Below, in pieces: positions 23,560 through 36,838 of a DNA stretch of 64,000 bases (its first letter is position 1; every line of letters begins with the position of its first letter). Under the pieces are notes generated by a model, which did no database searches, was not told where the DNA came from, and saw nothing but the letters and a program-made list of their open reading frames with translations. Origin of the DNA: Dicyema japonicum (taxonomy: Eukaryota; Animalia; Dicyemida); NCBI GenBank assembly GCA_011109175.1, contig RDEW01000042.1, positions 378,504 to 442,503 of the forward strand. The letters run 5' to 3'. A program made the position numbers and the translations under genes.

Positions 23560-24630
23560 ACAGTCCGACCCAAAATGGGCAGACACAGGGTGGAGTACCT
23601 TCGATTTTGTGCACCTTTTTTCAAATCAACATTTCGGCAGAATAAAATGAAAAATCAATAAAAAATTATGGAAATTTTGGGGCATCATAAAATCATTTAT
23701 TAACAATTTTTAAGATAATAAAATTATAATAAATTAATTTATGTTTTATTTTCAACTTTGTTGTGGTTATGGATTACGAAACTAAATTAAAAATTGCTAA
23801 AAAAATTATGAGGAACAATTTATCTGAAAGAAAATTAATCACAAAGTACAAGACAAGTAATAGAACTATTTCAAGAATAAAACGAAATATTGTACCTTTC
23901 TTACACCGCGGCAATACTAGTTCTGATTTTATGAGGAATTTAAAGCCGATAAAAAAATTTGATGATCAAGTCATGAAGCATTTCAAAAACTTCGGGTGGA
24001 TAAAATTCCGATTTCAGGTTCTATTTTGAAAAAAATCGCCTTAGTTACAGCTTAAAAAATTGTATTTACTCTTTAAAGCATCCAATGGGTGGTTGATAGA
24101 TTTAAATTGCGACATGAGCTTCAATTCAAGTCAATGTGTGGAGAAAAGGTTTCATACGATTTATCTCACGTTAAAGAATTATTTTGAAAAATTTGACGAG
24201 AAAGTATTAAAATTTGGACCTCAAAATGTATTTAAGAACTCCCCAAAAATCATTTGTCGAAAAAGGCGAACAGTGTTTTGGCTATAAACATGGAACAGAA
24301 AGACTCACTTTCTTTTATGCTGCAGTATAATTGGAGAAAAACTTGAGCCATTGATTATTGGAAAGTGTAAACAACCTCTGTGCTTAAAAATTTTGATGTC
24401 TAAGATTTTGGGTTGTTGTATTCGTCTTCAAGAAATGCATGGATCACTGGATAGACTTTTATGAGTTGGCCTTCACTAATAAATGAATTGTTTCGCAAAA
24501 ACAACATAAAAATATTATTATTGCTTGACAATGCTGGATGCCATAAAACTTTCGAATGTTCAAATATCGACAAAAGATTTGAAAAAATTGCTGTAAATTG
24601 ATTTGAAAAAATTGGAGTAACCATTTATGA
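23560..24630 (+). mobile_element. pogo/Tigger DDE_1 transposase pseudogene
   Basis: HTH-like N-terminus (MDYETKLKIA), FKASNGWL, GPQNVF, IGEKLEPLIIGK, SRNAWIT, ILLLLDNAGCH; candidate left end TA|CAGTCCGACC at about 23559. Confidence 0.8.
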
Positions 24631-25259
24631 TATACAGTTGATCAGTACTTTCTTTCCACAAGAATGCAATTCCCTGTGACTCTAAGCCATATGACTACTC
24701 AGCCATACAGCTTTATTCAAATTGACTTTTTTTATTATAACATAACAAGCAGCAAACATTTAATGAGCCAGGTACCTTATTTGTAAAAATTAATTTTCTA
24801 CATGTTATTTTTGGCGTCATTAGTGAAAATAGAAATTGCATATCTGTGTAAATGAGATTTATCTGGCTAACTAATCGTAAAAAATACTCAGTCTTCAGCA
24901 AACATTCGCCGAACAACCCGAAAAGGCGCTGTTGATTCTGCTAGCTGCTGGTCTCATACTTTGTTGTGAAATTTGGGTTACGCAATAACAACATTCGTAA
25001 AGCCGAGTTTAATAATTTGGCAATGTTTTTATAGAAAATATTTCATCACCAGAGTAGCCTGTTTTTTCGATGTAGGCAAACTATCAATCAGACAAATAAT
25101 ATTTTTCATTTACTTTAGACTTAAGTGTTATATAAAAATTTAAAATTTTGTAAATTTTTTGTATGTAATAACAATAGTTAAGTAATTTAATATATATAAT
25201 TAACATACAAAATATCACTTTATTTAATAAACAATAAAAAAGTTAATATATTTAATAAT

Positions 25260-25960
25260 CAACAACCTTCCTCGCCTGCCTGTCGCCAGCCTCCTCAGGC
25301 AGGTTCGATTCTGTTGCTGAAACAACTCCGAAAATAAAAAAATAAGCAAAGCTCCGGAGGAGCATCTTTTGTACCATACATCACCCCTTACTAGCAATTT
25401 CAATCCAAGACACCGAAGTTGACTCATATGTAAGTAGTCGAATTTTTATCCACGGTTTTCGAGATTCCCCATGTTCCAGAGTTAGTTTCACGGTAGCCTC
25501 ATACAATCTGAGTCGGACGCCTTTAGATCTATCCTTTCGAAAAGCTTTTGCATGGTCACCGTAGATAACAAATTCCTTCTGGCATTGACTTTGGAGTCCC
25601 CAAGAAGCAAGACATGTTATGATCTTCCTCCTGTTTTTTAGTACTGCTGGTTCCATCCCCTTGTACTTGAGGGTGCTACCTCGAGTTGAAGTATGATTGC
25701 ATCATTGTTAGTCGAGATAAATTCAACATCATCGGCGTAAAGAATTTCCATAGTATAGTCCTTAATATTTCAGATCTCGTAGAATAGATTTAAGGTATAC
25801 AGCGAACAACACTGGAGGGAGGGTGTCTTCTCGATGTGTGGCCACTGTCGTCACGAATTCTCGCGACATACATTTTTCAACACGCACTCGAACACTGTGT
25901 ATTTCTGCTCCCGATAATGGTTTCGTCGAACAAAACAAAAACTTTTTCAACCGTATAATA
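25260..25960 (-). mobile_element. RTE-like LINE, RT domains 4-7 and 3' end, degraded
   Basis: PPVLFAVYLKSILRDL, EILYADDVEF, LRLYEATVKLTL. Confidence 0.75.
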
Positions 25961-26984
25961 AATGCAAGTTAAACCTCAATAGTGGATATCATACCACAGT
26001 AGATATAATGATAATTGATCAACGCTATTATTTTATTTAAAAAATAAAAATCAAAAAATTAATAAATTTTTTATAAGTTTAAACAATTTTTAAGAACATT
26101 TAATTTTTGATTTTATTGACAAAACTGGCCCTAGTCATAGGTATAATCACAGAAGCGTGTAAAAAACTGTTTGGTAACAATTTATGAAAAAATTCAAGAA
26201 CACCAGCAGATATCACACTACGGAATATTTCGAGAAAAAATACGAAAACCTTGCCGTTTCAAATATTGAAGGGTAGAAGATTAGTCACAAGATCATCCTT
26301 GTCAGTTAAGTATTGTAATTGCCGACCAAATGAAAAAAATATTGGTCTAAGTGATTCCAGACTATAAGGGGACGTCGAATTTTTGCCTCATTAACTGAAA
26401 GTTGGTTTTATGTACTGCAAGAACGATCAAAATTAGTTTTGTTTGCCAGATCTACTGTTTAAGTATTCTAAATGTTCATTTTGTCAAACTAGTAATTCAA
26501 GATGTCAGGAAATTGCTAACAACCCGATGTTGGAAGCCAGAATACTCTCCTGCATGCTTGACTGACTGAACAACTAGTCTTAAATGAAAATCTTGACGAC
26601 CTTAGTAGCACACGTGTAAATGAGCTCCTAGACGTATATTAAATTTTGAGACAGTGCTAACATTATTAGGACATTCATGTAGAATTAATTGTGTGAGTGA
26701 GGTCGAGTAGTGGAGAAGCTAAATTCGATGTTCACTAGCTGCGAGAAAAAGAGGATTTTTGGATTGGAAATTATATTTTACCCCCAAATTTAAGTCGCAA
26801 AATATTAGAGATCGAATTTGGGTTACTATTAATCGGACAAAATTTCTCAGCCCAGAGATTTGGTGAGTTTGTTATTTCATTGCAAATTTAAGCTTAATCA
26901 AAATATGTCTAGTTTACGCAATTTCTTTCAAAACCCACAAATATTTCTACACCTCGTTCGGAAAGAAAGATTAAATTTCACAGT

Positions 26985-27120
26985 TATTATTATCATTTTG
27001 CTTTTAGGATCACAGGGTCAAGAGAAAGAAATAAAATTTTCATCTAACTAAGTGATCACAGACCGACAAAGGAACGGACGAGTCCGGCGGAGTCGAGAAT
27101 CTTGAACAGCTTTTCATCGG
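26985..27120 (-). mobile_element. LINE family A 3' terminus
   Basis: Highly similar to 570-720 (aagagaaagaaataaaa...catctaactaagtgatc.cagaccgacaaa...ggacgagtccggcgg). Confidence 0.75.
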
Positions 27121-27639
27121 GCAAAATGGTTTTTATTATGTTAAGACTTCATAAAGCAAATACAATACCTCAATTATCGTTAATTTCAGTTTGCAAAGTT
27201 AATTTCAGTTCCTATCTTCAACTTTAGGTCATCTTTCAGTAAAAATGCTTTACCGTCTTCAAAAAAAATTTTTCGATAGTTCTTTTCATCGAAATCGCTG
27301 TTTCATGTTTAATGAATTTCAATTCCAACAAACACGTCAGACACGTGTAATTAAAAAATAATTAAAAATATAAGATTATAATAAATTTTATATAAAAATA
27401 TATTCTACAATGGGATAATATTTGTTTTTATAATTTATTTTGCAATTTATGCAACCTGTCCACTATGTGCCGGTCACATGATATATTAATTAATTTTTTT
27501 TAAATAATTAAAATAATATGCCACAGTCTGATAAATCGTCACTTACAAAATACAACTAAATTGTCTAAATTTAAAAATCCATACATTAATAAATAATAAT
27601 ACACATATCCAGCTAATACATAGTTTAAAAAACGAGTTT

Positions 27640-27890
27640 CAGACTGTGACATTTTATCCATCCTAACATTGGAAAACATTCTTGTCATCTTAGAGAAGTT
27701 AACTGCTCACCAATCTTTATTCCCTTTCACCTCACACAAATCAGTCACCTCTTCTCTATCAACATCCAATGTAGTGTCCTTACAATAATCACACATAGGC
27801 TTCACAAGTTTGCTGGAAGCAGATGTGATCATCCTCGGAGACCTTAATCCCATGCCTAAGTCCGATGATTATAGAGAACATTTGTTGTTT
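27640..27890 (+). mobile_element. LINE APE endonuclease fragment
   Basis: LEADVIILGDLNP (the GD.N motif). Confidence 0.45.
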
Positions 27891-28789
27891 AGACTCATTT
27901 TTTAATTAATTTAATTTATTGAACCAAAACCGTCGTCATATCCGAATTTCAGGTGATCCCAGCCTTCGTCAACAGTCTCCCCATCTTTTCTCAATGTTCC
28001 GACTTCGTTCCTGCGCATTCTCTGACATGACGAGTCTCCACCGAAAAAGTACCCAAATGTGTAGGAAGAGTCGTCCAGGGGGAACTCCTCTGGATAGTCG
28101 TTGACAAATGGTTCTTTTTGGATACACTTTGACTTGTATCTGACGCCACCAGACAAGGTGAACCACATGACCCACGCTAATTAAGTGAATTAGGAACAAA
28201 CGAACATAACAGAAACTTTAATCAATTAGCCACGAAACACCACATGGCACCACGCGGCTTGTATAATTTATATTCACGAATTATTTGCATCACCATTCAA
28301 ATAAAAATATTTTTAAATAAAATAATTAAAATAACCTTAAATTAAAAAATAATTTAAAATAAAACATCATTTTTTCACTTTCCTCGTGTAGCTGTTAGAT
28401 AAGAGAATGATAGACATGGAAATCCCTGAATTCAAAGTTGAAAATCAATTATTATTTAAGAAACAACTTATAAAGATATTGTGTCTTTGTAAAATAAAAA
28501 AAAATTAAATTGGATCCACCTACTCAGGAGACGCCCAATTCCTGACCGGCATCAAGAGGATCCTCTATTCCTTCCCAGGGGACAATGTCGTTACCTGGAG
28601 ACAAGTTCTGTAACGCAGGAACGAGTCAGGATCAAGGAGTTGGTTAGTTTGGTTATCCTTGGTCTTTGGAGTAAATTTAATTTAATTTAAAGGTCAACCA
28701 AGTAAGAAATATTATTACCTTAGAAAATAAAATTATATGAAATTTCCGAAAAGACCATATATTTTTGATTCACGGACCAAAATTAGAAT

Positions 28790-30240
28790 TCTATTTAAAT
28801 TTTAGTTCCTTTTTTGAAGACATGGCTAATAAGCATTTCGGGACTTGAGATAAACATAAAGAAATCGGAGCTAATAAATATCTCATACTCGGAGAGTGAT
28901 TTCATCAACGTGGTCGAGTCTTTCAACTCGGTATTACCTGGAATTACTGTCGTACCCAAGGAGCGGACATACTTTCTTGGGTGCCCACTTGACGAAAAGG
29001 AACTGCGGAGCCATCTACAAACAAAAGAGGATGAACTCTCCAGAGTCACGGATAAACTTTCCTTACTCGATGGTCATACAGCATTTTTCCTTTTGAAGAA
29101 TAGCATCGGCTTGCCCAAACTCCTATATGCTCTCCGATGTTCTCCCTGCTTCAAACATCGTGACATCCTCCTGTCACTGGATAGGACATTGAGAAAATCG
29201 CTGAATTACTTCTAAACATCCAGTTTGATGCGCCGAGTTGGAACCAATGCAAGCTTCCTACACGCCTCGGAGGAACGGGTCTCAGGTCGGCGCTGGAGAT
29301 CGCCTATCCAGCATATGTGTCATCGCTCTCAAGTGGAAGCCTTTTGGTCCAAGAAATCCTACGTATTACAACCGGACTCTCTTGGGAAAAAGTCTTCGAC
29401 GAAGCTCGTTGCGAATGGTGTGAAACTGGTTTGGATATGCCGAACGATCCTTCGAGGCAACGTGACTGGGATGATATTTACTCCAAGAATATCTTCGACG
29501 TGCTAAAGTCTGAGGCCAACCAGCATCGTCTTGCATGCCTCGTGTCCGCCGCCAACCATGGGAGCGGAGCGTGGCTGGATGCACTCCCGTCTTCCTCCCT
29601 GGGGACCCTATTGGACGATGACTGTATTCGGATTGGAATCGCACAACGCCTGGGAGCTGATGTTTGCGTCGAACACCAATGTCGCTGTGGAGGGATCGTC
29701 GATGCCAAAGGGCTGCACCCGCTCTCGTGCAAAAGGAGTGCGGGCAGAGCACCCCGCCATGCTGCTATGAACAACATTGTCTTGCGAGCTCTTGAAGCGG
29801 CAGGCTTCCCGGCAGTACTGGAACCTGTGGGATTGGACCGCGGAGATGAGAAAAGACCGGATGGGTTAACTATCTTTCCGTTCACTGAGGGAAAATCGCT
29901 CGTATGGGACTGCACTGTTGTGGATTCTTTCTCGAACTCGATGATGCTCAGCTCGGCGCAGTCTGCTGGATCGGCAGCCGATCTGGCCGAAAAATCAAGA
30001 TTAAAAAATATGGCGAAATTGGAGACCGCTACCGTTTTGTACCGGTAGCAATCGAGACGTCTGGTGCGGCTGGAAGTATTACAGCCTCTTTCCTAAAGGA
30101 AATCGGGGGAAAATTAGCCCACCGCAAGAAAGACGTGCGGGAAGCGGTCTGGCTGAGGCAACGAATTGGTATCGCTGTTATCCGCGGAAACGCTTACTCC
30201 GTGATGTCAGCAGCCGCTCTTCCCCATAGTTAATAAATGT
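28790..30240 (+). mobile_element. CRE-like non-LTR retrotransposon, 5'-truncated: RT thumb, zinc knuckle and RLE
   Basis: GLEINIKKSEL...FLGCPL; AWLDALPSSSLGTLLD; HQCRCGGIVDAKGLHPLSC; RHAAMN; KRPDG; LVWDCTVVD; VPVAIETSG; LRQRIGIAVIRGNA. Three frameshifts. Confidence 0.9.
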
Positions 30241-30334
30241 CGTATGTGATAGCGTCTGGGCTGTTGATACTGTCCGGGTTGATAAGACAAATTTATCACT
30301 TGAAAACATTAACAACCACTACAAGTTTTGCTTC

Positions 30335-31347
30335 GAAAGATCGGTCCCTTGTTCAATCAAAAAACAAAAAATTTATTTTGAGTCAATAAAGCGATTAAAC
30401 GAGAAAAGGGTCGAAAATAGAAGAGGTCGAAGGATCGGTCCCTTGTTCACTCAAAAAACAAAAAATTTTATTTTGAGTCAATAAAGCGATTAAGCAAGAA
30501 AAGGGTCGAAAATAGAAGAGGTCGAAGGATCGGTCCCTTGTTCACTCAAAAAACAAAAAAATTTATTTTGAGTCAATAAAGCGATTAAGCAAGAAAAGGG
30601 TCGAAAATAGAAGAGGTCGAAGGATCGGTCCCTTGTTCACTCAAAAAACAAAAAATTTTATTTTGAGTCAATAAAGCGATTAAGCAAGAAAAGGGTCGAA
30701 AATAGAAGAGGTCGAAGGATCGGTCCCTTGTTCACTCAAAAAACAAAAAATTTTATTTTGAGTCAATAAAGCGATTAAGCAAGAAAAGGGTCGAAAATAG
30801 AAGAGGTCGAAGGATCGGTCCCTTGTTCACTCAAAAAACAAAAAATTTTATTTTGAGTCAATAAAGCGATTAAGCAAGAAAAGGGTCGAAAATAGAAGAG
30901 GTCGAAGGATCGGTCCCTTGTTCACTCAAAAAACAAAAAATTTTATTTTGAGTCAATAAAGCGATTAAGCAAGAAAAGGGTCGAAAATAGAAGAGGTCGA
31001 AGGATCGGTCCCTTGTTCACTCAAAAAACAAAAAATTTTATTTTGAGTCAATAAAGCGATTAAGCAAGAAAAGGGTCGAAAATAGAAGAGGTCGAAGGAT
31101 CGGTCCCTTGTTCACTCAAAAAACAAAAAAATTTATTTTGAGTCAATAAAGCGATTAAGCAAGAAAAGGGTCGAAAATAGAAGAGGTCGAAGGATCGGTC
31201 CCTTGTTCACTCAAAAAACAAAAAATTTTATTTTGAGTCAATAAAGCGATTAAGCAAGAAAAGGGTCGAAAATAGAAGAGGTCGAAGGATCTGTCCCTTG
31301 TTCACTCAAAAAACAAAAAAATTTATTTTGAGTTAATAAAGCGATTA
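30335..31347. repeat. Tandem satellite, 95-bp unit, about 10.7 nearly identical copies
   Basis: gaaggatcggtcccttg starts at 30429, 30524, 30619, 30714, 30809, 30904, 30999, 31094, 31189 and 31284 (partial); a variant first unit at 30335; an orphan piece at about 31425-31460. Confidence 0.97.
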
Positions 31348-31629
31348 GCGTGAAAATAGTTATTTGAATGTTATATAATATTTTTTTAATATTTTTAATT
31401 TCTTTTTAAAAATTTAAAAATTTTATTTGAGTCAATAAAGCGATTAAGCAAGAAAAGGGTTATATCTTTATCGAAAACCTTTGAATCATCGATATTTGAG
31501 TTATTTGTAATTTTTATCACATATTTTAATCCTTTCTTTTATATTTTAAATTTTATTCTTAATTTGAATTACTTAATTCAACCTTATCAGTTTAATGTTA
31601 TAAGATATAAATATCTCAATAATATGCCA

Positions 31630-32113
31630 TTACCTAAATATTTTCGGATTTGCCAAGACAATGGGTTGACTCTATCGAGGGAAAAAACAAGTCACTTGGA
31701 TTGCAAGTAAAAGAAAAAATATTAATCAATGTGTGAATACTGGGGATATAAAAATCTCTGAAACATTGAAGTATCTCGGATTGTTGATAGACCGAAGAGG
31801 ATCTTTCAAGGAACATATTAAAACACGAAGAAAGAAAGCTACAGGAATGTTGAAATCTTTAATTCGATTTCATTTAGAGCCTGAAACTTTTCTTTTTGTG
31901 TATTCGGCGTGTGTTGAACCATTCTTGATATATGGTTATCAAGGATGGTTTAGAACAAAAGTAAGTGATGTCTTTGTCAAAAAATTGGAAAAGTCCAGAA
32001 GATTTGCGATTAAATTGGCATATGGACTGGACTTAAAATCTAATATCGAAGAGGATTACGACCTGAAAGTCAGAAAGATAGAAAAATTATTACATCACTT
32101 ATGGAAAATGTGA
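31630..32113 (+). mobile_element. LINE RT C-terminal fragment (family C)
   Basis: LKYLGLLIDRRGSFKEHIK...VYSACVEPFLIYG. Confidence 0.8.
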
Positions 32114-32419
32114 ATGTAATTTTTGGGGTCCAAACGAAGTAGAGACAATGTGGTGTCTCATAAAATGACCCTACACGATGAATACAAACCCACTTAATTA
32201 GTTTTGGTTCAGGTTTTGGTTTCTTTACAGTAATTAGTTTTGGGTTTGTTAGAAAATAAAATTTGTCTTGTCTTGTCTTGTCGGATTTGCTACAAAGTAA
32301 CCTTATATCTCGGTTCTTTTCTTGGGGATTTAACATCTCTACTTTACTCCGGGATTTTACTTTTCTATTTTCCTTGGGGATTTAACTTATCTTTTTTTTT
32401 TTTTTTTTTTTAAGGTAAA

Positions 32420-35100
32420 CGATTCCATTTACAAACAATAGAAGTCAGGTAGTTGCCACCCTCACCACGTGGCTTTCCTCTCAAAATTCAAAATTTAACT
32501 TATCTCTATTTTTCTCTTGAGACAAAACTTAGTGGTGTTCAGGAAACAACGGAAATCGACGGTTCCGACAGACTCGGCTATTCTTGGAGTTCGCAATGCA
32601 TGCAGTGGACCAGTCCTACGTTAAACTTGACCTGAATCTGTCTGAATGAAGAAGGATTTCATGGAGGACTCTTAGGATGAGATGGACGTCACCAATACCT
32701 ATGGTAATCTGGATGTATACACGACTCGACCTCTTCCGTTCATAATTGGGACCGATGACTTTGAAAATGACTACTTTATGTGTTTCCAACTACAACGACA
32801 ATTCTACGGAATTGGATCAATATGAATCAGTTTTTGTCATTTAGCTGATAAAAATGTGGTTAACTTTAACGCATCAAGATCTCTGGTTGACATGTGGCTT
32901 TATCCTAGTCTCTATCCCTGGATAGACTGATTGAGGACCAAATCTTCAAGTCCAAGACAGGTTTCTGTTCATAGTCTATGTTTTGAGAACGGAATGCCTC
33001 ACAGATTAGCGGAAAAACAAGGTAATTTTGATTTATCACGATAGCCTTCATGAATTCGAGATTCAATGACAAAATTGCCGATGACCTCTTTGAAGATGAT
33101 TCCGAAAAGGAAGACACCCTTGAAAAGTTCAACATGCTTCTTGATTTTTGAAAAAAACCAGACATCTTGAGAATATCTTTGACAAATCTGAAAACGACGA
33201 CATCTTTTACAATGAGATGGTAATATCTCCGACCCCAGAAGGACCACTGAGATACCTTTGGCGTCTGTTGTCTCTATGGAGAAGAAAAAACAGAATTTAT
33301 TTTCCTGAAAGTGATAGTGATGACAGCAATATTATACTTCAGCCCAAAAAAGCCACAAACGACAAGGAATTAAAATTATAAAACTAATGAATCAATGCGA
33401 ATGTGTCAGTTTAACGTCTCCCTCAAAGATCTCTTTGTTTTTGAAGTCTTCAAAGGAATCCTATGGCAGAAGGCCTTGGTGTCTGCTGCCTTGAAAATAT
33501 TTAATAAGAAAACTGTGAATAACGTTTTGAATGTTAAAGAACATATAAGGTGAAGAGTGAAGTCATTTTTACAGTGGGCAATGAAAACGCTTTTACTATA
33601 TATATATGACTATCTAGAAATGCGAGGAATCTATGGAAAATGAGACCATTCCTGTTTTCACCAATTCTGTTGGATCTTCCAGGAACATGAAAGAAAGCCA
33701 GAACCCGGAAAACCTGGATCACTTAGTTAGCAGTTAACTTTTAATTTTTTCTAATCCAGTGATCTTGGTGTAAAAAGGTTTTGGTGTTTAATGATAAAGA
33801 AGACAGTGATGAAGTGTCCCTGCGAATGAACCATTATATGTTTTCAAACTCATCCTTGGCTTCCTCCTCGGATTCTTGACAAAGAAGAAAGATTCAGATG
33901 ATTAAAAATTACGCTAGTATAACTTTGGCTCAATAATTATGCAAGGCTCCGTTAAAACTGGATTTTAAGGACAACAAGCAGTCTATGGTCGTAGATGATG
34001 ATCAACTTATAGAACACAACTTGAATTCTGTAAACAAGGATCAAATCCAAGAGATAACAAAACCAAAGATCACTTCCAAAACAATTTCTAAGAAGTCGTT
34101 TTTTGACAGTTCTGACGACGATGAATTGTTCACCAAGAACACAAGTAAACAACTAATTAATGAAAAAATGGTTGCTAAGAAAGATCCTCGATTTGTTGGT
34201 TCCAATGAGGAAGGATCTAAAGAAATTGTGAAATCACTCATACAGAAATCGGTTGATGTGTAAGCACCTCAGAAATCTCTTTTTGATAGTTCTGATGATG
34301 AAATTCCTATTACTAAAACAAGCAAAACCTCCAAGTCAAATGTGCTTAAATCTGCTACTAAGTAGAATTCACTTTTTTAGTGTTCTAAGATGAATTTTTA
34401 CTTAAGCCACTCAAGCTTTAAAAATTAGCAGTGAAAACCCAACCAAGAAAAAAATGAAACATAAAATTAAAAAACCTACCCTCACTAATCGAAATGAATG
34501 TACTGATAGCAAAGTCCTCTCTACCAGACAAACTGACAATTCTAAAATTAAAATTTCCTCATGCAGACAAACTGACAGTCCTGAGAGCAGAATTTCTGTA
34601 TCCAAAGAAACCGAAGCTGCATAATCAAGAACTAATTATGAAAACCGGATAATAAGAAAGATATAGAAAAGACTTCCCCAATTGACAGAAGGAAAGTGAA
34701 TAAACCAGAAAATAAAAAAACAACTGTTAATAGAAAATCTCTTTTTGATAGTTCCGATGGTCAAGTGATCAAACAAAAAGCTGTCGATAAAAAATGACTC
34801 AAAAATGAATATAAAATTTCAAAAATCGAAAAATCTTCTGATTAAAAACAGTGGATAATAAATGGATAAACCAACAAATGAAGGTTTAAAAATTTCATCA
34901 AGAAAGAACACTTGAATATTACTTTATTTGACTTTTTTAAAAAATCGTTCTCAGAAAGAACCAGTCTCTGTCAATACCGTTAAAGTCGCGGTGGCACCTG
35001 AAACTACGACTTCTAAACAACTCTCTCAACTTTTAGACTTCGGTGGAACAAAACAGCTTATTGACTGAGAAATACATAGAACCGAGTAATACTTTACCCA
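32420..35100 (+). pseudogene. WASHC2: WASHC2/FAM21-like gene, intron-containing, multiply disrupted
   Basis: AVDQSYVKLDL and LDVYTTRPLPFIIG match the FAM21 head region (Y.DRPLPYLIGS as recalled). Repeated LFa-like motifs: LFEDDSEKED, IFDKSENDDIF, FFDSSDDDELF, SLFDSSDDE, SLFDSSD. A 23-nt intron at 33022-33044; many stops and frameshifts. Confidence 0.7.
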
Positions 35101-35992
35101 CGGATTTTTCTAAAACTGGATCCAGGAATACCTGCCTACTAGTGAATGAGATAGATTTACATAAGATAGAAGATGTCTCTTAACCTAAAATGCACAAAAT
35201 TTTTAAACAGCACTATAGAATGTATTAGACTATACGCTTTTATTAAAAGTCTGGTGTTTGAGCATATAGCAATATTTTTGACAATTTTAATAATTGGAAC
35301 GAATATATTTTGGCAATCAAGTCGAGATTCACAATATCCTTCGAAAAAATAATAAATATAATAAAATCCACTATAATACATAAACAAGTTAATATTTTTT
35401 TTTGTCTAAAAAATATTTTAAATACCTAGAAAAACCTATAACAAATAAAATTAGTCCAAGATACAAAACTACAACCAAACATACAAACCCCAACCTTTCC
35501 CGGATACTCCATTATCCGTAAAGACAGAAGGATTAGCTTGGTGGAGGACTAATGACGCTAATAAGAAATGGAATTCAATATGAAGATTTTTCAAACAAAA
35601 TCAGAAAACTCTATCCAGAAGATGACCCTTTGGAACTAATTGGCATAAATGTTAGAGTTACTAGGAAAACTATAAATATTGTCAATGTTTATATTCCCCC
35701 TACTACATCCTGTCCACGTGGATACTACCCTAACCTACAGGAAAATTAAATATTTGAGACGTTGCAATGAAGGCTCTGAGAAAGTCCTCCACAGACAGGA
35801 ATGTAGCAACATCGACCCAAATATTTTAATGAAGCACTATGTCGCAATCAGCCATAAAAATTTCTCGAGGGAACACAGAGTCTACAAGAAGTTGTATCCA
35901 TCATATGATTTGATTGTCTTTACATTTTATATGGAAGAAATCCATAATTCTGCCAATTCGGATGCCAAACAAACCTGCAAACGATGGTAACC

Positions 35993-36233
35993 GGTAAATT
36001 CATCGCCGGTAATTTCATCGCCGGTAAATTCATCGCCGGTAAATTCATCGCCGGTAAATTCATCGCCGGTAAATTCATCGCCGGTAAATTCATCGCGAGG
36101 TAAATTCATCGCGAGGTAAACTCATCGCCGGTAAATTCATCGCTGGTAAATTCATCGCGAGGTAATTTCATCGCCGGTAAATTCATCGCCGGTAAATTCA
36201 TCGCTGGTAAATTCATCGCGAGGTAAATTCATC
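35993..36233. repeat. Left TIR array: 16 x 15/16-bp GGTAAATTCATCGCC
   Basis: Direct count of units. Confidence 0.95.
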
Positions 36234-36838
36234 CACGTGGGCTGGTGTCTAGATAGAAGAGGTCGAAATTTTGATTTTTTATATTATAGTTAAATTGCGA
36301 TTTTGGAGATTATTCGGCGATAGGAATCATGTATCCGTGACGGTAGGACCTATGAAAACTGAAGAGAGGGGACCTAATTTTTCACCTCTCTTCAGAAGTT
36401 GACGTATGCCTGCCATGTATTATTGGCGGGATCAATTTAGTTGTTACAAGCAGACGTTCTCTTTTCCGTTCCCTCCTTGGATTAATTACCAATGACTGTT
36501 TTTGCTAGGCTTACCAAAGATTGTACGCCTGTGGCTTATAAATAATAAAATAAATAACTCGGTCAGTATTCATCTATATACGACGATTGAAACATAAAAT
36601 TGCCAGTTTTCTTTAGTGCTGAGGATAGTATTCATCTCTATCTTAAACACAAGAGTAATGGTTGCATGTAATTGTGTTTCTTTTAACTGATAAAGTAGCT
36701 TATAATCTGTTGATAAGGTCCTTGAATTCTTTTGTAATGTGGTGATAATGCCCTTGAATTCTTTTGTACTTTATCGTCATATCATAATTGATTACTATAA
36801 AGTGATATTTTTTCGCTAATTTCTTATATCTTGACAGC

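Noticed and set aside
26130-26520. PIF/Harbinger nuclease remnant (PDYKGTS resembles NYKG.S)
   Set aside because: Only one short motif; no GAIDG motif or TIR was found.
30335-31347. CRISPR array
   Set aside because: Units are fully identical 95-mers with no unique spacers, there are no cas genes, and the context is eukaryotic.
35927-36109. Repeat-peptide ORFs (GDEFT)n, (MNLPA)n and (LPKAKW/LTKSKV)n at about 36.0, 38.7, 61.1 and 61.9 kb
   Set aside because: They are by-products of 15-bp and 21-bp TIR arrays whose unit length is a multiple of 3; there is no sign of coding function.
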